A stretch of DNA of 64,000 bases from Marsupella aquatica (Eukaryota; Plantae; Marchantiophyta), in contig OZ316894.1 of assembly GCA_973895155.1 (NCBI GenBank), positions 26,459,240 through 26,523,239 of the forward strand, written 5' to 3'. A program made the translations under genes and the position numbers. Shown one piece after another: positions 1 through 14,800 of this stretch; positions within the stretch are counted from its first letter, which is position 1, and the number at the start of each line of letters is the position of its first letter. Below the pieces are notes generated by a model. That model did no database searches. It worked only from the letters and a program-made list of their open reading frames with translations, and was not told the DNA's origin.

Positions 1-3000
1 CTTCTCCCAGAAAAAGAGGATTACAGTTCCAAAAAACATATCGATGGTGTAATAAGCTCCAACGTAAAAGGGAATAGCCATGGCCATTGGGATGGGAATG
101 TACTTCACGTACTTCTCCGGACCCACATCACGGATCCAGTTGAGTACAATTGCAAGGATAAAGGCCACAATACAAAATTCCAGGCAATGGCTTGGAAAGG
201 CCGAGAATCCTGATACTCCCAAAATGGCCATTTCTCGAAAAATGATGGCATTGGGAACCTTGTACTCTCCTGTTTGTGAGCCCAAGTCAAACGCAGTCCA
301 GAACATCCAAAACGTAACGGGTGCTATGACACAACCAAAGACAGTTCCCAAAAGCTGGCTAACAAACATGGATCTAGGTGATGACAATGTGAGATAACCA
401 GTTTTGAAGTCCTGCATTAAATCAGCAGCAGTAGAAACGATAGACATCATTACTCCACAAGCCGTTAATCCGGCAAGGACACCACCATCTTGTCCTGCCC
501 ATGACGCAAAGATGAAGAGACCCAGCTTTCCATAAGTAGTCCCTAGACTCCAGTCTGTGAGTCCTGCTCCATATGAGTTGCAGAAGGCGAGAACTGGTGC
601 AACGATATAACACAAGAAAACAAAGTACCACTTCATGGCTGGAAAGATCTGTGGAATGAGAGCCACAGATATGGCAGCAAGGGCAACATAGCCAGACATC
701 GCAATCCACATCGGGACACCCTCAGCCAAGAAGACCTCCTTCCTCTTCTTATCATCCGGTGTTTCTTCAGCTCCTTGTGCATCTGGTGAACCAAAGTTGT
801 GGACAAAGCAATAAGAGTTTCACATCACAAGTTACAGTTCAAAACTAAGGTACAGGACGCAATTCACCGAACACAACCAAAACTCTTTTCTCAAATTTAA
901 ACCGCTCTACTTCTCCTTGCCAAGGAACATAAAACAAATTAAGGAGAAGAGCTTCTATTCCAAAGCCAGCAATCCATGCATTTTTACAAACCTGCCACAA
1001 GAGGGAGCAACCCATTCCGGTACGTTGTAAACAAAGCTTCCCCAGTCACAATAAGAATCTTGGTGAAATTGTACAATCCATCTCCGAGTACTAGAGCAAG
1101 TGCAATAAAAACCTGCATAGCACAACTAGTGGTGAATTGAGATAATCAAGACAGTTTTGCATTCTTGTGTTCCAATCTAAACGGAACACAAATTAGTCCC
1201 TCTACTGAAAATCGGTCCGCATAAAAGGAAAATTTCATGTAAAGTTCTGTAAAGGATTTCAGGGTAGGGTCAAATTGAAGGTATAATTTCCAATCTAAAC
1301 GGAACACAAATTAGTCCCTCTACTGAAAATCGGTCCGCATAAAAGGAAAATTTCATGTAAAGTTCTGTAAAGGATTTCAGGGTAGGGTCAAATTGAAGGT
1401 ATAATTGTAAAGGTCTCAGGCTTCTCCGTTTTAAGAAGACTGAAGGGGCAGGCCGGACCCCAGTCTCCAGATCATCCTGTAGATGAGCCTGATTTGTCCA
1501 TTCGCTCCATTGCTTCTATTATAATATTTTGTACAGTACTTGCTACTGGGGTTTTGCCACCCAGCAGGATGAATGAAAATCCAGAGAGCAGTGAGTCCTA
1601 CTTAAGGGCGTCCTTGAATGTATAGTCGCTTCTTCTCCCTGACGCCCTGCTGTATGCAGGCCGTTTTCTGGGTGCTCTGTGTGGGTTGACGATATGGATT
1701 CGGAAGAGTGAATTAAGAAACCATATCTAGAGCTGAGTAAATAAGACTTCAGTCACTCTAGTGAGCCTTCCTCTTCAAGGTTACATCGGGACGACGTAAA
1801 ATAGAATAGAGCTGAGAAAGCTACGCTCTAATGATCTGGAAGAAGGGACTGCTGGATCTGAAGACGGCTAACGACAATCTGTGCAACATCGCACGTACAG
1901 AGCACATTGCTTCATAAAATTCAGAAAATTGACATTTGAAATTAGGACGCTTATCTCCTCTCATCTCATCTCATTCATTCATAAAATCCGGTTTTTCCTA
2001 CTAAAACGGATCTGGCAGTACATTGAATACCTTGTAACCATAAAGACCTTTGACATCACTTTCCCCGAGCCCGTCTGGAAACCAGTCCCCAGCTTTAGTT
2101 GCAATGAGAGGCCACATTAACCCCCACGAAAGAAGGCCCCCAAACGCCATAGAGCAATTCACAATGTGAGGGCAGATCAAACCCACCCCAATGTAGGTCA
2201 GGCTGAAATCAAAATAAATCCTGAACAAGGACGAAGGCCATGGGATCTCAGACATGAAAGACACTTCACACAAAATAGGTAAATATATGAACTTTTGGTG
2301 GATAATGACTAGCTCAACGACATCACTGGAGCTTTACGAATCAAACATCAAAATGGACGTAACTGAATAGCTGGCACAAACGGTACCTGTTAGCATAAGC
2401 CGTTAACCCAAAACTGGGAAAGTTATCAAATCCGCAACTGTCACCTATGCCACTGAAAAACCACTTGAAAAAGCTCCAAAAGAAGCTGATAGAAAAGTAC
2501 TTCCCCAAGCAGCTCACTTGTTTGCTGCATTCAAGGAACATTTTATTGAGTTTTCCGATTCTAGTGATCGCAATTTCCAACGGATTCCAATGATCAGAAT
2601 TTACACCTCTATTGTCCCCCAGGGAAAATTTCTGCAGACATTGGAAGCCGAGGAAGCCGAGTAAAGAGATAGAGGAAACGGAAGATATTAAGGCATTTCT
2701 GATTCATACAACCCTTAGGTGCCAGACTCGGCGATACCTGGCAACTTCTGCACCTTGTGACGTATGAAAGCTATTGATTAGCAATGCCGTCGCCGTCCCG
2801 CTTGGGTACGTAAGGGCATAGTCAATCACCATAATCTACAAGATAGACCAACCCATTAACCAGACTGTTCTCCATCCACTCTTGTTCTCCATCCATACTT
2901 GATCCTTCTGCGAATCAATCAGAACAACACAACAGGGAGTGCATACAATACAACAGAACTACAATGGGGTAGATAGCAAAAACATGTCTAATGTCACATC

Positions 3001-4095
3001 GAGGTTTTTGGCATTTAATTCACATCAACAAACGACACCATCATACCTTGCGAAGCGGAACAAGAGCAAGAATTCCGACAAAACTAACGGTGAAGAGGAA
3101 GGCAATCATCCATCCGACGGATGGATTCTTGACATCTTCGGGATTATTTCCAGGATAGTCCGGACCAACAATATTGTATGTTTTCTCATCCATCGCAAGA
3201 AGGTACGATCCAAATCCCCCTGAGGAAAAGATAAACAACTCCAATGACACACATTGGAAAGAATTCAGCAAACGATAACAGAGGCAAGCGTGTGCACATG
3301 TGGGCCGGTTTGTCAGTGTCGTGGGTGCGCGAACCTACCTCAATTTAGCCGCTTAAACATATCAATAGTTAGTTGTGAACTTCGACATGACACATGAGAT
3401 ATGCTCCGCGATGCAAGATGAATGCATTTGTTTAGCGGATCCGGTTGGATTGTCATCATAACGGGATTCATTGCCCTCTAAACTTGTTACATCAGTTTCC
3501 TTGAGTCAATCTAAAGCCAAACCCGTTTCCCACAACTCAAGGGCAGTCACGGCATTCGCCCTCTGGTTGGTTGAATGTGCGCTTTTGTGAGTTCGGGGGC
3601 GAGGACTGAATTTTGAAAATAACATAAAGAAATTTTGAATCCAAACCACACACCGCTGAATGCAAGACCGTAGCAGGCAACCGCAGTAGTCTGTATGACA
3701 GTATTCTCCTGCCGCGTGAAGGGCTTGCTCCAAATGCCCAACTGCGAAAGAGTAGTCGTCCATGTCTTGATAAAGAAAAAACCAAGAAGGCCAGCGCCCA
3801 CATTAAGCGAGGGGATCACTCCCACGACAAAATTTAGCTTGTGGGTGATGACGCAAAACATTGTCCCCACCAATATTGCCACTACAAGACCCCTCAGAGT
3901 AATTTGGTCGTTCCATGGAGGCACCTCCACATTTGCAAGAGAATCACCCAGTGGGAGATTACTCTCGTCCTCATCCTTGGTTAGGAGAGGAGTCACAATT
4001 GATCCCACAACATCATCCGCGACAATTGACCCCACTGATTGATGGGGGCGAGCGGTTGCAGCAGTGGAGCTCTCGAACTCGCCGACTGATCCCAT
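1..4095 (-). CDS. YSL: Yellow Stripe-Like (OPT family) metal-nicotianamine transporter; 3' end lies beyond the window edge
   Basis: Exons (minus): 4095-3654, 3219-3047, 2835-2738, 2524-2387, 2220-2031, 1112-992, 782-<1, all GT-AG and in phase. YSL motifs: [134 protein letters not shown]. Confidence 0.95.
1170..1406. repeat. Perfect tandem duplication, 2 x 118 bp, inside a YSL intron
   Basis: tccaatctaaacggaacac...gaaggtataatt starts at 1171 and again at 1289. Confidence 0.95.
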
Positions 4096-4820
4096 CTTTA
4101 CAATCTCAACCTCCAGCCCCTTTGCGCACTCTACCCCAATCGTGCTTTCTCTCTTCAAACCTCAATCATCTGCGCATTGGCTACGTTCAACCCCCACACC
4201 ACGGTCCTAATAAGGGACATGTCGTGATCGCACCAGGTAAGTCATGTGGCGTCTTCACCTCCAGCTATATCTTTCGTCAAAATCCCCACTTCTTCGTTGT
4301 CCACTCCTACAAATCTCATGGGGGAGAAGAGTTTGAATCTTTAGGAGGAGCACCGCTGGAAGGGCAGCGGTGGGCCTCGGACAGATTCCCACCGGCAGGT
4401 AGTCGGGCAGCGTCAAGACGGGTCGCATAAGATTCTCGCCCCCTTTTTCTCGTACTTGACGTCCTTGTTTTCACTCGCTTGCCTGCCCTTCTTACTCTTG
4501 CCCTGTCTTGTTCCTCGTCGTCATGAATTTCGGCCAATGCAGTATCCTTCGGAGCACGGGAAGTCAGGAACAAACGTAGGCAGGTCCTCGGAGAAAGCAA
4601 CCAATCAATCAAGCTCACCGAATACAGAAGCAGCAGCGGCGGCAAAGGACACACATAGGCAGCAGATCGTTGCGGGAAGCAACCAATCAATCAAGCAAAC
4701 CTAAAGCATAAGCTAAAGCAGCAGTAACAAGAGCCTCTATGGTCATCGATGCAGCCTCTCTCTCCCTCTCGCTACCTCTCTCGTTCGTTCGAGGAGCAGT
4801 GGCAGCAACAAGAGCCTCTC

Positions 4821-4867
4821 TGCTCGGGAATCGATGCTCGGGAATCGATGCTCGGGAATCGATGCTC
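4821..4867. repeat. 14-bp tandem repeat (TGCTCGGGAATCGA) x3.4 in the YSL upstream/leader region
   Basis: Directly visible. Confidence 0.9.
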
Positions 4868-7465
4868 TTCGTTCTCGTTCGTTCGAAAAGCAATGTGCGG
4901 TGGTCGAGAAGTTTACGTGAGAAAATATGCTAAACGTTTGAATCGTGATCAAATATGCCAAAACTTTGAAGCTCGAGAAAAATATTGACGGAAAAGGTTG
5001 TATGGGGAGCATTTTGGAAATGTTCTTGAAGGGAGTAACAAATAAGGTGTAAATAACAGCTACTGTAGTACAATTTTCAAATCAGCAACTATAGAGTGTA
5101 CTGATTATTTCTATTCTGGAAAATGAAGTTCGCAAAAAATCTGATATTTTCTGAGGTGAAAAATAATCTTCCCTATAGAAAAGTAGTATTTAATATATCT
5201 CTGGAAAGGGAAATTTTCAGTTACAAAAGAAAGTAAGAAAATTAACAGAAATGGAACATACGTGGAGGGAAAACATCATGGAACAAATACTACCGAGGAT
5301 AAAAAGTCACCCGAAAACAATTCACACCAAAAAAAAGCTCACCCCAACAAATGTGGGACTTACCAATGGTTTTATTTTAAAGAATTAAAATATGTTTTTG
5401 TTTGGGTGGTTTTGAGAACCTACCAGCGACTGTACTTTCTCCAAAAAATATTTATTTTCAGAGCGTTGTTTTCAATTCAATGCTTACAAATAGTACACAA
5501 GTACACGTTCAGAAAACATTAAATACACTCAACATTCAAAGGCCTCAACTTTTAAATGGAGGATAAAGAGAAACCGAAGGGACAGAAACCCCCATCGCAA
5601 AGGTTTGACAAAATGCCCGGATAGCCAGCAAGCCCCTGTGGATCACAAACAATGTTTTCTGGTATTCTGTATATAGCATGCTCATCTTGGAACATGCTTT
5701 ATTTTTTGTCTTGTAATAATTTGAAAGTAAATAAAATATGAAAAATATGAGAACATAGAAGTGTTATTATATAAATAAAGTGTCTGCCAAAAAAAGCACA
5801 CTGACCAAGAAAAGGTACACTCAAACGATGCTAAAATGTGTGCACTTAACTTAGGGTGCCTTATGAATGACACTCTTTTCAATAAAAAATATAAACCTAG
5901 GAAAGAAAAACATGAGGAGAACTTAAGAGGCTATGCATTCATGTTCTTCAGCATCATTTCTCTCACTCATGGTGGTGGAGCCTTTGGTTTCATCTCTAAG
6001 AAAACACATACTGTGAAAGGGGGCTACCAAAATAAGTTCAAAACACTCTAGAATACCTAAAACTAAAGGGGTCTAAAAATTTATTTTAAATGTATAGAAT
6101 ACAAAGGCTGCCCCTTGATAAGGCAGATTGAAATGAAAATACATGCCACAAAAATCTGAATAAGACAAAATCTAAAATGTGCATTCACCATATAGGAGCT
6201 TCAAAAATTCTTTGGTACATATTCTTTGCAAAAAAATGCACTTTTATTGTGCACACTAACATATGTGCCAGTTTTCTGTTCACACTGACTTAGTCCATCC
6301 AAGCATTAATTCATTTTGAACTGCCAAACATTTAGCTAAGTTTGTATGTATCAGCTTTAACCATGTACCAGACCATGTATGCTTAACACCCTATGATCAT
6401 TAGTAACTATGGTTGGGAAGAGTAGAGAGTTCCAATTCTAAGAATTTTGGAGAAATAATAATTTCATTTTGATATTCTATTAGCCAAATAACACCCTCAG
6501 ATTAGGATAAATATGGGGGTAATAGAAGGGTAGATATAATAACCTATCATTGCTACATGATCAGTTCATTTTGGAAACCTCGTCCTAGTGAATTGTAACT
6601 CTCAGAATTTGTGTGTTGGTTCCTTACAGCACCACTGGCCATATGCAAGGGGGGAGTTTCCAAGACTTCCCCCTTTTTCCACATTCCCCTCATTTTTCCT
6701 CTTCCACTGCGCCAGTTTGCTCATCCATTTCAGAAAAAAGTTACTTTGAATGCTAAGTATGGGTAACCTGTAGCTTTTGAAAGGGAAATTGTGGTTTAAC
6801 TAAAGGAAGATCCAAAGGCTGGTGGTGTAAATGAAGTGACTATCCTTGGAAAAAATACAAAATATTTGAGCATGCTTGTTTTATCACATAGCAAGAAAAC
6901 ACCTAACAAGCTAGCAAAGTGAGTCAGGGTGAATTTGGAATCACAAGGTCATGTTTAGTTATTGGTTTGAATAGTCTCAAGTACCAGTTCTTTGAACGTG
7001 AATAGCGGAGAGAACAATAAAAATATTATCAAAATATATTCTCTATCCATATTCTCTGAAAGTTAATGAAATAATAAAAACACTAATCATTTTAATAGTC
7101 ATATATAATATATCATTTTCCTTTATGTGCACATTCATCTTCTATGCCCATATGTTGTGATGGGACCATAGTGCCCATATATGTTTTTTTAATATAAATA
7201 CTTAGAAATTATCATATTATATATACCATTTTACATGATATATATCATAGTCATGTCATGAGTTTCTCTCATACACATGATAACTATATAGTTAAACTTC
7301 AGTTCGTGTTTTTATAATAAGATATGAAAAGAAATTATTAAGGCATGTTTTTTGGCAATTTCTTAAGACAAGGTTTCAAAAGTAAAGTAGATGATATGAC
7401 CATAGCAAACTACAAAGAACTTTTAACCCAATTGTTCAACCACTTTGTTCAACCAGGTACACACA

Positions 7466-9308
7466 ATTCAAGGAGACGAGTCCCTGGATCAGCATTAACT
7501 GTACCTTGGGATTCCCCCACAGCCTACCGGAAGGAGAACCCTGAGTGCACCCTGAGTTTTCCCTTTTTTGCACTCATCTCTTTTCAGGCCATGACCTTAC
7601 ACTGGCTGTCCCTGGCTCCCTCTCAATTAGAGACTTAACTTAATTCAACATTCTTATCCCCTCTTGTGTAGTGCCTTTTTCCTTTGCATCTGTTGGTGGA
7701 AGTGTTTGTTTAAATTTCTTGGGTTCCATGGAGGCAATCTTTTGAAAGTAGCTGACATTCTATTTAAATTTCTTGGACTCCATAGATAGTTCCCGGGTAT
7801 TATCCCGGTTTTGGAAAAATAAATTAAATAATCTTGGATTCCATGGAGGCAATAGTATAACAGTAGCTGACACATTTTGACCCGCTTTGCAAAGTCCGGC
7901 CCCAGTCTAGTTGTAGTCATTGATTTATGAGGGGTTGATTATTTAGTGGAAGATCACCTGAGCTCAACCTCTTGCCACTAAATTCTTCCTCAGTTCATCC
8001 TTGTATTCCACGCCTTCCAGATGGGTAACAAATGCATTCATGCATAGCTTGTAATTGTGCCTAACTTTGTAACCTTTACGGGAGCCTGAGCACTTTGAGT
8101 CTGTAATCATGCATTTTTTAGACCATACTTATATTTCAGATGTAAGATAAAAGGGGGTTGAAACCAAAATGATCTATCAAATTAAAAAAAAATGGAGATA
8201 ATCATTTCAGATGTAAACTACAGTAGTCATACTTACTGCTCATGCCTTAGAATAAAGAAAAATGGCGACCCATTTGTTTTTCTTTTTAAATTTAGCTCTA
8301 ATGAATGGAGATGATATACTAATATATCCAATTTAAAAAACATTTGGCTGATAAAGTGCTCAAGGAAGAATCAAAGTTATAACCATCAGTAAATTCGTAG
8401 CCTTGTGGACGTTTGTAAAACTCTACAGTACTACTGTGGAGAAATTCAGGAAGTATTAAAGAAATGGATATATCATAAAATCAAAATTGCTATCATATTC
8501 ATCATTACACTGACTTTCAAAAGAGAAATTGTTTCAAAATCAAATTTGATGATTGAGTTGACAATTGGTTTTCCTAGGGAGTTGGTTCTACAATAGTTTA
8601 GCCGTATGAGTAGGTGATAATTTTTAATTTTCTCATTTTTCCAGGTTTTGGGATTAGCAATGGTGTATGTTCTTTTGAGTTTAGTGTTTGTGCTCCCTGG
8701 ACCTTGAAATACTAAAGTTACAAAGTTAGGCACAATTACAAGTTAGACATGAATGCATTTGTTACCTATCCGGAAGGTGTGGAATACAACGATGAACTGA
8801 GGAAGAATTTAGTAGCAAGAGTTTGAGCTCAGGTGATCTTGCACTGAAAAATCAACCCCTCATAAATCAAAGACTAAAAGACTGGGGCCGGACTTTGCAA
8901 AACGGGTCAAAATGTGTCAGCTACTGTCAAACAATTGCCTCCATGGAGTCCAAGAATTTTTTAATTTTTTTTCAAAACCAGGACAATACCCGGGAACTCT
9001 CCATGGAGTCCAAAAACTTTTAATAGAATGTCAGCTATTGTCAAAAGATTGCCTCCATGGAGTCCAATAAATTTAAACAAACACTCCCACAAACACATGC
9101 AAGGGAAAAAGACACTACACAAGAGGGATAAGAATGTTGAATTAAGTTAAGTCTCTAATTGAGAGGGAGCCCGGGGAAGCGAGTGTGAGGTCATGGCCTG
9201 AAAAGAGATGGGTGCAAAAAGGGGAAAACTCAGGGCACTCCTTCCGGTAGGTTGTGGGGAAGTCCCGAGGTAGACTTAATGCTGTTCCAGGGACTCGTCT
9301 CCTTGAAT
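7466..9308. mobile_element. Non-autonomous Mutator-like (MULE/foldback) element with ~600-bp TIRs and 9-bp TSD
   Basis: Left arm 7466-~8078 (ATTCAAGGAGACGAGTCCCTGG...) is the inverted copy of right arm ~8713-9308 (...CCAGGGACTCGTCTCCTTGAAT). Exact TSD GTACACACA at 7457-7465 and 9309-9317. No transposase ORF. Confidence 0.9.
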
Positions 9309-11853
9309 GTACACACAACTTACCAAGGAAAGGTCAAACAAGCAAAGTGAGACTTTGGAATCTTCCTTGCTACCTTAATCATTTGCCTTTCCAGATTGAA
9401 GGGGCCATTGGAATTTTCAAGCTTCAAGATAGAAACCTTTTCTACTATTTTTTGTGGTGGAGCACTGAACAATCAACTCTAATTTGTACTGCCTCTGCAA
9501 CCCATGCTTCACCAACGGTCTTCAACCTAAACCCAAGCCAGTTCCTTTAATTTGGAAATGAGCTTGTGGTGTCCGTCTCTATTTTACGAGTCCAGTTAGA
9601 TACTCTTGCAAATTTGTAAACTTAGAGATATGTCTTAGTCATCAGTTAATTCATCCCCTTTGAATTTTATTTGTAAATGGTGGAAATTATGCAACGTGCC
9701 TCACCACTCGTGTAATGATTGAAAATGCTTGTGTGACAAGCATGAAGGATACATATATGTTTCATATGCATGAATGATACACATTCTTTGATGTCAAATT
9801 CAAACAGAAACTTGGATAGTACATGAGGCATTAAAATAAGGTTATAAATCATTCTTACTCATTGATATGGTATTGATCAATGGTGAGAATCTGTAACATG
9901 GGTTGGTGCACATTGAACTGTCTCACTAGTGCAATGCGTATGGAATCTACACTAGATGTCAACTGCAAACTGGTAAAGTGCAATTATATATAGTCTGTAA
10001 TTAATTACGTATGGGTTGACTAAGTTGCTGCCAAATTTGAAGAGGGTGGTAAACAACGAATCTCTTGCTTGTGAAAAAAAGTACAGAAAATTTGCACCAA
10101 CAAAATACAAAAAGGGAATGGATTAAGAAGGATTCAAAGAAAAATTGTAATACATTGGACTTGACATTAGAAATTTACTTGATACGATATGATGTACTTG
10201 CCTCTCATATGATGTACTTGTGAAATACTATATACAAGGGACCTTACCTTACCATCAAACTAGTACAATTCACCATTGTTGGTTCTTTAAACCATTGGGC
10301 AACTTCAAGGCAGAAATTCTGGCCTCTATTGATAGCTCTGTAAAACGTCACATTATGAGCGTGTCTAAGTCAGGATATTTGTGACAAATTCTCAAAAATC
10401 TCCTCAATGAATTAAGTTCACCATTTATTAATTTCCTATTCACTAATCCATCCCCAGACTAGCAAAAAATACAAACTTACCCCCAAACTGATCTTGTATG
10501 TGGGATGGCTTAATCAGACTAGAATAACCCAAGAATACAGGTGATTAGTCTAGGGACATGCGGAGGTTCACAATTTGTCCAAACTAACCTCCTCCCACAA
10601 TAAGTGAGAGAAGTGAGGTGACTAAAATGCAATTGTTTTTAACTACAGACAGTAGTAGACACTCACTTTGGGCAAAGGTATGTTGGAGGGGGTTAGCACA
10701 GAAGAATCACAAGCCTCCATTTGTCAGCAATCCATTTATGTGCCATTTCCACTTAGTACAGTCCAGATAGTCCAACCCAAATACAAAATGGGGGGAAACC
10801 TGATAACTAAAATATTCTTAAGTACTAATACACTTTAATCCCTGAAAGATTTCCACTCCTACCATTCTAGTCCGTTTATTATTTCTTCACACTTGAAGAC
10901 AAACCCAAATTTTAGGCAAGTTCACATTTTACTTTCAAATGACAAGCAGATTCTTTACCAAGTGCAGAGGACAAGTCTCCAAGTGCGCTTGCCTTGCCTT
11001 GCCTCGCCTCTGATCTCTGATGCGCCATCCATCCATAGATAAACAAAGGGCATAAATAAATATACAAAGAGAACAATCTTGAAAGGACTTATATTAAGGG
11101 GTGGGGGTGTTGAGGCAGCAATCGAGGGGTGGGATTGGAGCGAGAGGGTTCTGCGGAAGGACCACACACGATTGGAAGGTCGGTCGAATGAGCGCGCCTG
11201 AGCAAACGGGACAACGAATGAATGAGCCCCACAACGAATGCATGAGCCTTTCGGGCTTGAGCGTTGAGGAGTGGACCACCTGCCGTCGGTCGCCGTTGCT
11301 TTCTTCGACGGCGGAGCTACGGCGTGCAGATTGCGGATGGAGCCGGTGCCGTCGATGGCCGAGCTACAGCGTGGGAACGGAGGACGGTGCAGCTGCCGTT
11401 GACGGCGCAAGAAGAAACAAGAGACGGAATCGAGGTCGGGAAGAGAAAAGAGAAAGAGAGGGAAGAACAAGAAGAACGGCGAAAGGAAAGGAAAGGAGGG
11501 GAGGGGAGGGGAGGAAGCGGAGAATTGGTTTTTGCATGCGCGCATGGAAGAACGGAGTTCAGGGGATGCAAATCGGCGAACGGGAAGGGGAATTTGGTTG
11601 CTGCTGCTAATCGGACGATAAGAAGGAGCAGGTGAGCCTAGAAAAGAGGTGGTTAGTTAGGGGAATGAAACCACGGCGAGGAGGAGGAGAAGCGGAGGAG
11701 TCGGACAGCAGACGACGACGACGGGCGGGAATGTCGTCGGAGCCTCTCGTCCAGGGTTGACGAGTGTGGTGGAAGAGGCGGACGAGGGGAGAGCGGTGTG
11801 TTGATGCTGTGAAGATTTATTTGGCTGGCTAGGTTGGAGTGGTAGTGGCGGGG

Positions 11854-14800
11854 ATGATGGCGTCGGACGGCGGCGGGGGAGGAGCTCTTGATGGAGAAGG
11901 AGGTTGGGGAATACGAAAGGCATCACAACCGCAGCTGCAACAATTGGAAACGACGACGATTACTACGACCACCACTACCAGCCTTGGTGATGTAGGACGC
12001 GGGGGATATGGTGATTCGTCATACGGCGGTGGTGGTGGGAAATCGAGAGCTAATCGTCTGAAGAGCGGGAAAAAGGGTTTACCGTATGAGCGTCCGTCAA
12101 TCGGAAGGAGTGCCGCGCCTGGTCCTCAGGCTGCCGCCATTCTGAGTGCTGCTTCTACTCGGGCGTTGTCTGAGAAAGCGCATGGAGCAAAAGCTTGGCT
12201 GGGTTCGGGGTTTTCGAAGATAATCTCCACCGGCGCCACATACCTGTACTCTTCAATGTTTCGACGCAACAATCTAGCACTACCAGCACCGTTGCCAGCC
12301 TTAGACGGTAAGTTAACATGCATGCTCTTTGAATCGATGGGATTTATAACGAAACGGGTTCCTGTTCTTCCCTAGGGTTGAAAGAATCAGAATTTCTCTT
12401 GTCACCAGGGATATGATCCGCTTACGTAACCTAAGTGGCAATGTATCTTCTGCTTCATTGTTGTTTGGCTTGACGAGTCTTGTCACTCGTCGTTATCTCC
12501 TTGACCATGCGTAGATATGAGACATTGGTTTATTTCACTGCCTCGTAAACCAGGTCAGGTCCTTCTTCACGAAGTCGTCGGTACACTGCGTCCCACATTT
12601 GCCAAGAAGCAGGTCAATCATAAAGTTTACTGTCCTGTGCTTGACAATTGAGTTGCTCATTGGAACACACTGTAACATGCTGAAGTTTCCTAAATGCTTT
12701 GTTCTAGTTAGGGCACATCCATAGTAGCGTGGATTACAAAGGACGGCGTGCAGCAGCACTTCTCTTCAGACTGCGCTGAGTAGGGTAGAGGAAGACGTTT
12801 CAATGCCAGTAGTGCAGTTCCGTTTGTAGATTGCGCGAGTTGCATCCTATCCTGGCGTACAACGACTTGCATCGGGCGGTTCAGTGATTAGTCAGCTGAG
12901 GTTTCGTAGTAAGCGTTAGGACACAGTGGAAGCTGTTACTCTCAAATTTGATGCTGGCACGTAGCTGTAGCTACTGTGCAGTGCTACTTTTCAACCTTCC
13001 TCTCTCCCGCTCATTCGTGTGGGAGTTTTGTACCGGGTACCCACTTTTCATGGGTGTTCCGATTCCGAGTCGTTGTGACGCGATTGTCGTTCCTGTCTGC
13101 AGTTGATGCACAGCAAGCGGATGAAGATGAGCAGATTTCGTTTCCGACAGTAGATCCTGTAAGTGTCTTCGGCCACAAGGGTTCTCGGTATGTTGAAGGA
13201 GGTCGCTTTCTCGATTGCAAATGCGAACTTTATGTCAAAGTCCGTATGTTAACAGAGATTCTGGAATTTGTTATTTCTCCGGTCCTCAGATTTGGATCAG
13301 GAAACCGTTCCTATATTATGGCGAGTACCTCTTCCTTCGAATCTTCCACGGCGCTCACTGGTCGTCTTTGCATGACCTCCGATTTCCTGTAAATGACTTT
13401 TCCGTGTTTATACTCGGATCTGCAGGACGATGATCAAGCGGGAAACGAGCAAAATGGCCTCGCCGAGAGACATAACCATGTCGAGCCTCAGGTGGCCAGT
13501 TCGAGCAACTTTGATGTGGAGAAATTGCTCGCTAAAAAGACGTTGTCAAGGTATGCAGAACTTGTTTAATGTGACTCTCGCCGCAAGAGGAAACGCTTTC
13601 TTTATATAGCTTGATCATTTTTTGTGAAGGTCTTGAGAACTGTTTTGTGACCTGGCCACCTAAATGTGCACTCACTTGCATCATGTGAACCTGTCTGGGC
13701 TAGGGATGAATTTCAACGTTTGACAGAACTACTTCAGTCTAGGGTTGTCAGCAACGGGGTGGAGAAGAAGCACCAACCAAAGCACGTTGAGTTTGATATT
13801 AGAGCAAGTCGCCAGGATGTACTCCCTTCTGGTGGCAATCAGTCCGAGGCTCAGAGGTGGAGGCAAGATTTGCAGAAGTCCAGGGAAGAGAGGGAGAATT
13901 CTGTTCGAACTCTTACTGTTTATGAGAATGGCGGGCCGTCGTCTGCCACTCAAGTTGGACTACCAGAGGTAAATGCCATTAGTGTTTGAGCAAGGCAACC
14001 TCAGCTTAGTTCTTTTTAATCCTTTTTCCTAGGTTATGGCCAGTTTGGCAAAGCTGCGACTGTCTTGTTTATTGAGGTTGTTGGTAAATTCCTTTCTGAT
14101 TTCCAATTCTGATCTGTTGTCGTAACTGAGTACAATAGGTATAGTAAACGAATGAAATGTTGACTTCTTTTGTTTTAGATGCACCCGATATGGACTTGTG
14201 AGCCTTGCATCGTTGTGTGCCAAATGAGCGCAAATGCTAGCATATTGCAGAAATTAGGTGCTTGCCGATTCTTCACCATCGGTTCATCACTTTTTATCAT
14301 ATTTTGAAATGTCGGTTCTTTCTATTCCCATGTTGCATCCATGGTTCTTGTCGTCGTTGTGTAGTCATTCTGCATGACCTGTTGATCTGCGTAATGATCG
14401 AATTGCCGCTAACGAAGGGTTGGAAATTGTTTCGAATGCAGAGTTTAGATGCACTTACCGGTTCTCCTGTTGAGGTTGCAATAGCTTTCATGGGTGGCAG
14501 AGGCTCGAGGCTGGGCGAAAGTCCTTCGAAGGAGCCTCTTAACCAACGGGATGAAAATCGTATGTCAAGTGGACCTCCTCCTTCGGTGAATCCACCTCAG
14601 ACATCTTTGGCCAAGTGGAGTGCTCCTGATTTTTTGAATGAAGATCAGTTTGGAACCCCGCCTCCGCCAACTCTCGAATCATGGGGTCGTCATCGAACAA
14701 TCTCTCGAACTCCTTACAGCAGACCTCTTCGTCTTCCACCTTCTAGAGAGGTACATTTTGTTTCAACTTGAATTTCTCGGCCTTGTTCCGACAATATCGA

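Noticed and set aside
10955-11635. Overlapping 120-196-aa ORFs upstream of NUP1
   Set aside because: Low-complexity GA/CT-rich promoter and leader sequence open in several frames; no recognisable domain.
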